The notes below the pieces were generated by a model. It saw only the letters and a list, made by a program, of their open reading frames with translations, was not told where the DNA came from and searched no databases. From an uncultured Clostridia bacterium (GTDB lineage Bacteria > Bacillota > Clostridia > Christensenellales > UBA1242), in assembly GCA_944382715.1 (NCBI GenBank), contig CALWNC010000001.1, forward strand, positions 304,496-368,495: a stretch of DNA of 64,000 nucleotides. The letters are read 5' to 3'. This document shows, in pieces, positions 60,657 through 64,000 of this stretch (the stretch's first letter is position 1; each line of letters begins with the position of its first letter). A program made the position numbers and the translations under genes.

Positions 60657-61876
60657 AAAAACTCCTCTAACTACTTAAACTAAAATAATTATAATATATT
60701 TTAAGATAAAAGAAAAGTAAAAACATAAATATTTTTTAATTTGTAAAAATTCAGTATAAAATGCAAATAATTACACAAAATCAAGCCAAGAAAATAATAC
60801 AAATAAAATTAAAATAATTTATAAATAGAATATAAGGTCAAAAAACAATCGTTTAACAGAAATTTAAAAATAACCAACACAAACCCCCACTATAAATAAA
60901 AAAAAACTAAGAATATAATTAAATTTAAGGCATTTAAATTAGTTCTAAAAATTACACCTAAAAAATAATAAAAAATTTATTTTTAAAATAAAATTACAAA
61001 AATATAAAAGCTTTATTTATATTTTAGGGTAATAAAAATTAAACTTTAAAATAACCTTTGCTAAAAAAAGATAGAAATAAAATTTTTCTACACTTTTTGT
61101 GTGCCACAAAAAATACATTTCTTTATTTCTTATTTTAAAATACACAAAATTATTATCACAAAATTTTTAATACCATCATCTATATAAATCTTTAAACTAA
61201 AAAGATTAATTAAACTAAAACAAAAAAATTATATACCAAGTCAAAAATTTAAAACCAAAATATTATTCAAAAAAAATTAAAAATATTTTTTAAGCAAAAA
61301 ATAAACCCAAAATCAAAACTAAAAAAATAAAAATTGAAAGTAATAAAAAAATAACTAAATAAAATTTTAATTCCAAATTTTTATGATAGTTATATTTTAA
61401 TAATTAAATAAAATTTTAAAAATTAAAATAGTTTTGTTATAAAAAATAAACAATTTATGTTTTAAAATAAAAACAAATTAAGTTATAAAAAAAGCACCAA
61501 AACCAAAGTAATATAAGACTGTTTTATAATTTTTAAAAAAGTTATGAGAATATAAAGATTTAATCCGTATTGAGCCAAGCACCAAGCTAATATATTATAC
61601 CTTATAAACATAGCTAAATTGCCTTATTATTTTTTATAAATTTTTTAACGTTTAAGCAAATAATAAGACGCAAGTTACTTTAAATAAAAATAAAAAACGC
61701 AAAAACTTTATTTTTTATTTTAAAAATTTAATATTTTAGCAAAATTTGGCGTAAATTAATAAAAAATTAAAAATTTTTATAAAATTACAATTTTGCTTTT
61801 CAAATTATTATTTTTTTTGTATATAATTAATATATAAAAAAGCAAAAAGCTTGTAAAATAATAATATTGGTGGCAA

Positions 61877-63625
61877 ATGAGTAAAACAAAAAGTTCCTTT
61901 TCTTGCTTAAAATACATGAAGAAATATAAACTGTATTCTTTTCTTGCACCATTTTTTAAAGGTCTTGAAACACTTACTGAGCTTTTTGTTCCATACATAA
62001 TGGCACAGATAATTGACTATGGAATTTCTGCCCATGACAATGCCTATATCATAAAAAACGGCATAATTATACTTATTTTAAACATTTTAGGTATAATTTT
62101 TGCGATTTTTGGACAAAAGTTTGCATCAAAAGTTTCTACAAATATTGGAAAAGATATAAGAAATGACATATTTTCACATATAAACTCATTTTCTCACAGT
62201 GAGCTTGACAAATTTACCACCACAACCCTTTTAAATCGAACTGTAAATGATGTTAGAAACATTCAAGATGGTCTTGGGTCGGTTTTAAGACAAATTATGC
62301 GAACCCCCGTTTTACTTCTTGGGTCATTCATTATGTCTCTATTTATTAATGTAAAACTGAGTATAATTTTTATAATAGTTGTACCAATATTTTTATTAAT
62401 TATTTGGTGGATAACCAACAAACTAAAGCCATTACTTATACAAATCAAAACAAAACTTGACAAGACAACCAACATTACTCGTGAAAATTTAACGGGTGTT
62501 AGAGTTGTTAGAGCATTCAACAAACAGGACCATGAAACTAAAAAATTTAGAGAATCTAATGACCAGCTTATTGAAACGCAAATTAAACACGCAACATGGG
62601 CATCACTTCTTGAACCACTTATATTTTTAGTAGTGAATTTTGCAATAATTTGCCTATTTATTTTTGGTGGAATTGAAGTGAATATTGGTGAACTCACGCA
62701 AGGTAAACTTATTGCATTTATTGACTACTTTGGCACAATTTCTTCGTGTTTAATAATGCTTTCAAACCTAATCAATATAATAACGCGAATGAATGCATCT
62801 AGTGATAGAATAAAGAATCTATTTTTAGTTCAAAATTCAATTGAAAATCCTACAAGTCCTGTAGCCATAAACCCAAATGACATTAATCTTGGAAAGGTTG
62901 AGTTTAAAGATGTAAATTTTTCATATTCAGGAGTAAAGAATATTGTCAATAATTTATCATTTGTGGCAAATCCCGGAGATATAATTGGAATTATTGGAGG
63001 AACAGGCAGTGGAAAAAGTTCAATAGTAAATCTTATTCCTAGATTTTACGACACAACAAGTGGAGAAATTTTAATTGGAGATACCAATATTAAAGATTAC
63101 AATGTGGACGATTTAAGAAGCATAATTGGACTAGTTCCTCAAAATCCAACCCTATTTAATGGAACAATTCGTTCTAATATGTGCTGGAGAAAACAAGATG
63201 CCACTGACGATGAAATTGTCAAGGCACTAAAAATTGCACAAGCCTACGAGTTTGTTAGAGATTATCCTGACTTTTTAGAACATAAAGTTAATAGAGGTGG
63301 GACAAACTTTTCAGGTGGGCAAAGACAAAGACTTACTATTGCAAGGGCTCTTGTTGGAAATCCCAACATAATAATTTTGGACGATTCGTCAAGCGCACTA
63401 GACTTTGCCACGGACAAAAATCTTAGAAAATCTATTTGGCAAAACCTAACAGCTTCCACAACATTTATTGTCACTCAACGAACAAATTCAATAAAAGATG
63501 CTACTAAAATTATAGTTACAAATAACGGCGACATTGTTGACATTGGAACTCATGATGAACTTTTACAGCGTTGTCAAATTTATCGTGAAATCCACTACTC
63601 TCAAAACAGCAAGGAGGTTGAATAG
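61877..63625 (+). CDS. ABC exporter, degenerate-site subunit of a heterodimeric (TM287/EfrA-type) multidrug transporter
   Basis: TMD plus GGTGSGKS, FSGGQRQR, ILDDSSSALD, VTQR. Confidence 0.9.
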   Translation: MSKTKSSFSCLKYMKKYKLYSFLAPFFKGLETLTELFVPYIMAQIIDYGISAHDNAYIIKNGIIILILNILGIIFAIFGQKFASKVSTNIGKDIRNDIFSHINSFSHSELDKFTTTTLLNRTVNDVRNIQDGLGSVLRQIMRTPVLLLGSFIMSLFINVKLSIIFIIVVPIFLLIIWWITNKLKPLLIQIKTKLDKTTNITRENLTGVRVVRAFNKQDHETKKFRESNDQLIETQIKHATWASLLEPLIFLVVNFAIICLFIFGGIEVNIGELTQGKLIAFIDYFGTISSCLIMLSNLINIITRMNASSDRIKNLFLVQNSIENPTSPVAINPNDINLGKVEFKDVNFSYSGVKNIVNNLSFVANPGDIIGIIGGTGSGKSSIVNLIPRFYDTTSGEILIGDTNIKDYNVDDLRSIIGLVPQNPTLFNGTIRSNMCWRKQDATDDEIVKALKIAQAYEFVRDYPDFLEHKVNRGGTNFSGGQRQRLTIARALVGNPNIIILDDSSSALDFATDKNLRKSIWQNLTASTTFIVTQRTNSIKDATKIIVTNNGDIVDIGTHDELLQRCQIYREIHYSQNSKEVE

Positions 63626-64000
63626 TGAGTTATACAAGAATGTCGTCCAAGCAAATGCGTGACGACTTTACAAATAAAGCCAATGAAAAATATAGTAGTT
63701 CAAATCATAGTGCTTTTCAGATTATTAAAAAAGTTTTTAAGTATGCTAAGCAATGCCGAGCTTATCTGTATGTCGCACTTTTTATGGATATAGTAAACAC
63801 TGTCAGCAACGTGCTCTTACCAATCTTTGTCGGCAAATGCATAAACTGTATAGTTGGCATCAATGATGTTAATTTTGTGGCACTTTATCAAAATATAATA
63901 TTTGTTGCTCTCTGTGCAATAATGTCTGCAATTTCTTACTTTACTCAAAAATTTTGCCTTTCTCATTACAACTATCGTGGGACCTTTAAAATTCGAGAAC
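63625..64000 (+). CDS. partner ABC exporter subunit (5' part, runs off window)
   Basis: GTG after AAGGAGG overlapping the previous stop; VSYTRM...VFKYAKQ...LPIFVGKCIN resembles an ABC TMD N-terminus. Confidence 0.75.
   Translation, partial: MSYTRMSSKQMRDDFTNKANEKYSSSNHSAFQIIKKVFKYAKQCRAYLYVALFMDIVNTVSNVLLPIFVGKCINCIVGINDVNFVALYQNIIFVALCAIMSAISYFTQKFCLSHYNYRGTFKIRE

Noticed and set aside
55480-61876. Possible oriC near parAB
   Set aside because: No cluster of TTATNCACA DnaA boxes found by eye (only isolated 1-2 mismatch hits such as TGGGGATAA at ~58366), and no dnaA/dnaN
61877-63625. Degenerate Walker B (DD) and Q switch in the ABC exporter
   Set aside because: Normal for the non-consensus subunit of TM287/288-type heterodimers; the partner gene follows

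Overview
Very AT-rich chromosomal window from a probably spore-forming Clostridia-like Firmicute (sigH, CwlD-like amidase, Spo0A-box matches, soj/spo0J). Most genes lie on the minus strand, and the content looks origin-proximal: parA-parB, ftsH, ychF, uppP, gltX, mrnC-rlmB-sigH, dnaX-ybaB-recR, gpmI, trkAH, tRNA-Met and tRNA-Glu, cell-envelope glycosyltransferases and several ORFans. No CRISPR array, transposase, integrase or prophage is visible. Most notable: (1) dnaX is split at the gamma/tau boundary, so the tau C-terminal part is reachable only in the +1 frame; (2) a promoter-linked, G.U-rich four-way-junction RNA candidate precedes ybaB-recR; (3) a divergent DAC (DisA_N)-like protein lacking the RHR motif is apparently co-transcribed with gpmI; (4) a 3.4-kb gene-free region downstream of parB carries four parS sites, three copies of an unexplained ~70-bp element and a 33-bp tandem repeat; (5) a leaderless ParB/Srx-like + GNAT gene pair sits beside the tRNAs; (6) several unannotated small ORFs and a candidate sRNA. 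All calls were made by eye from sequence motifs; no database searches were run.
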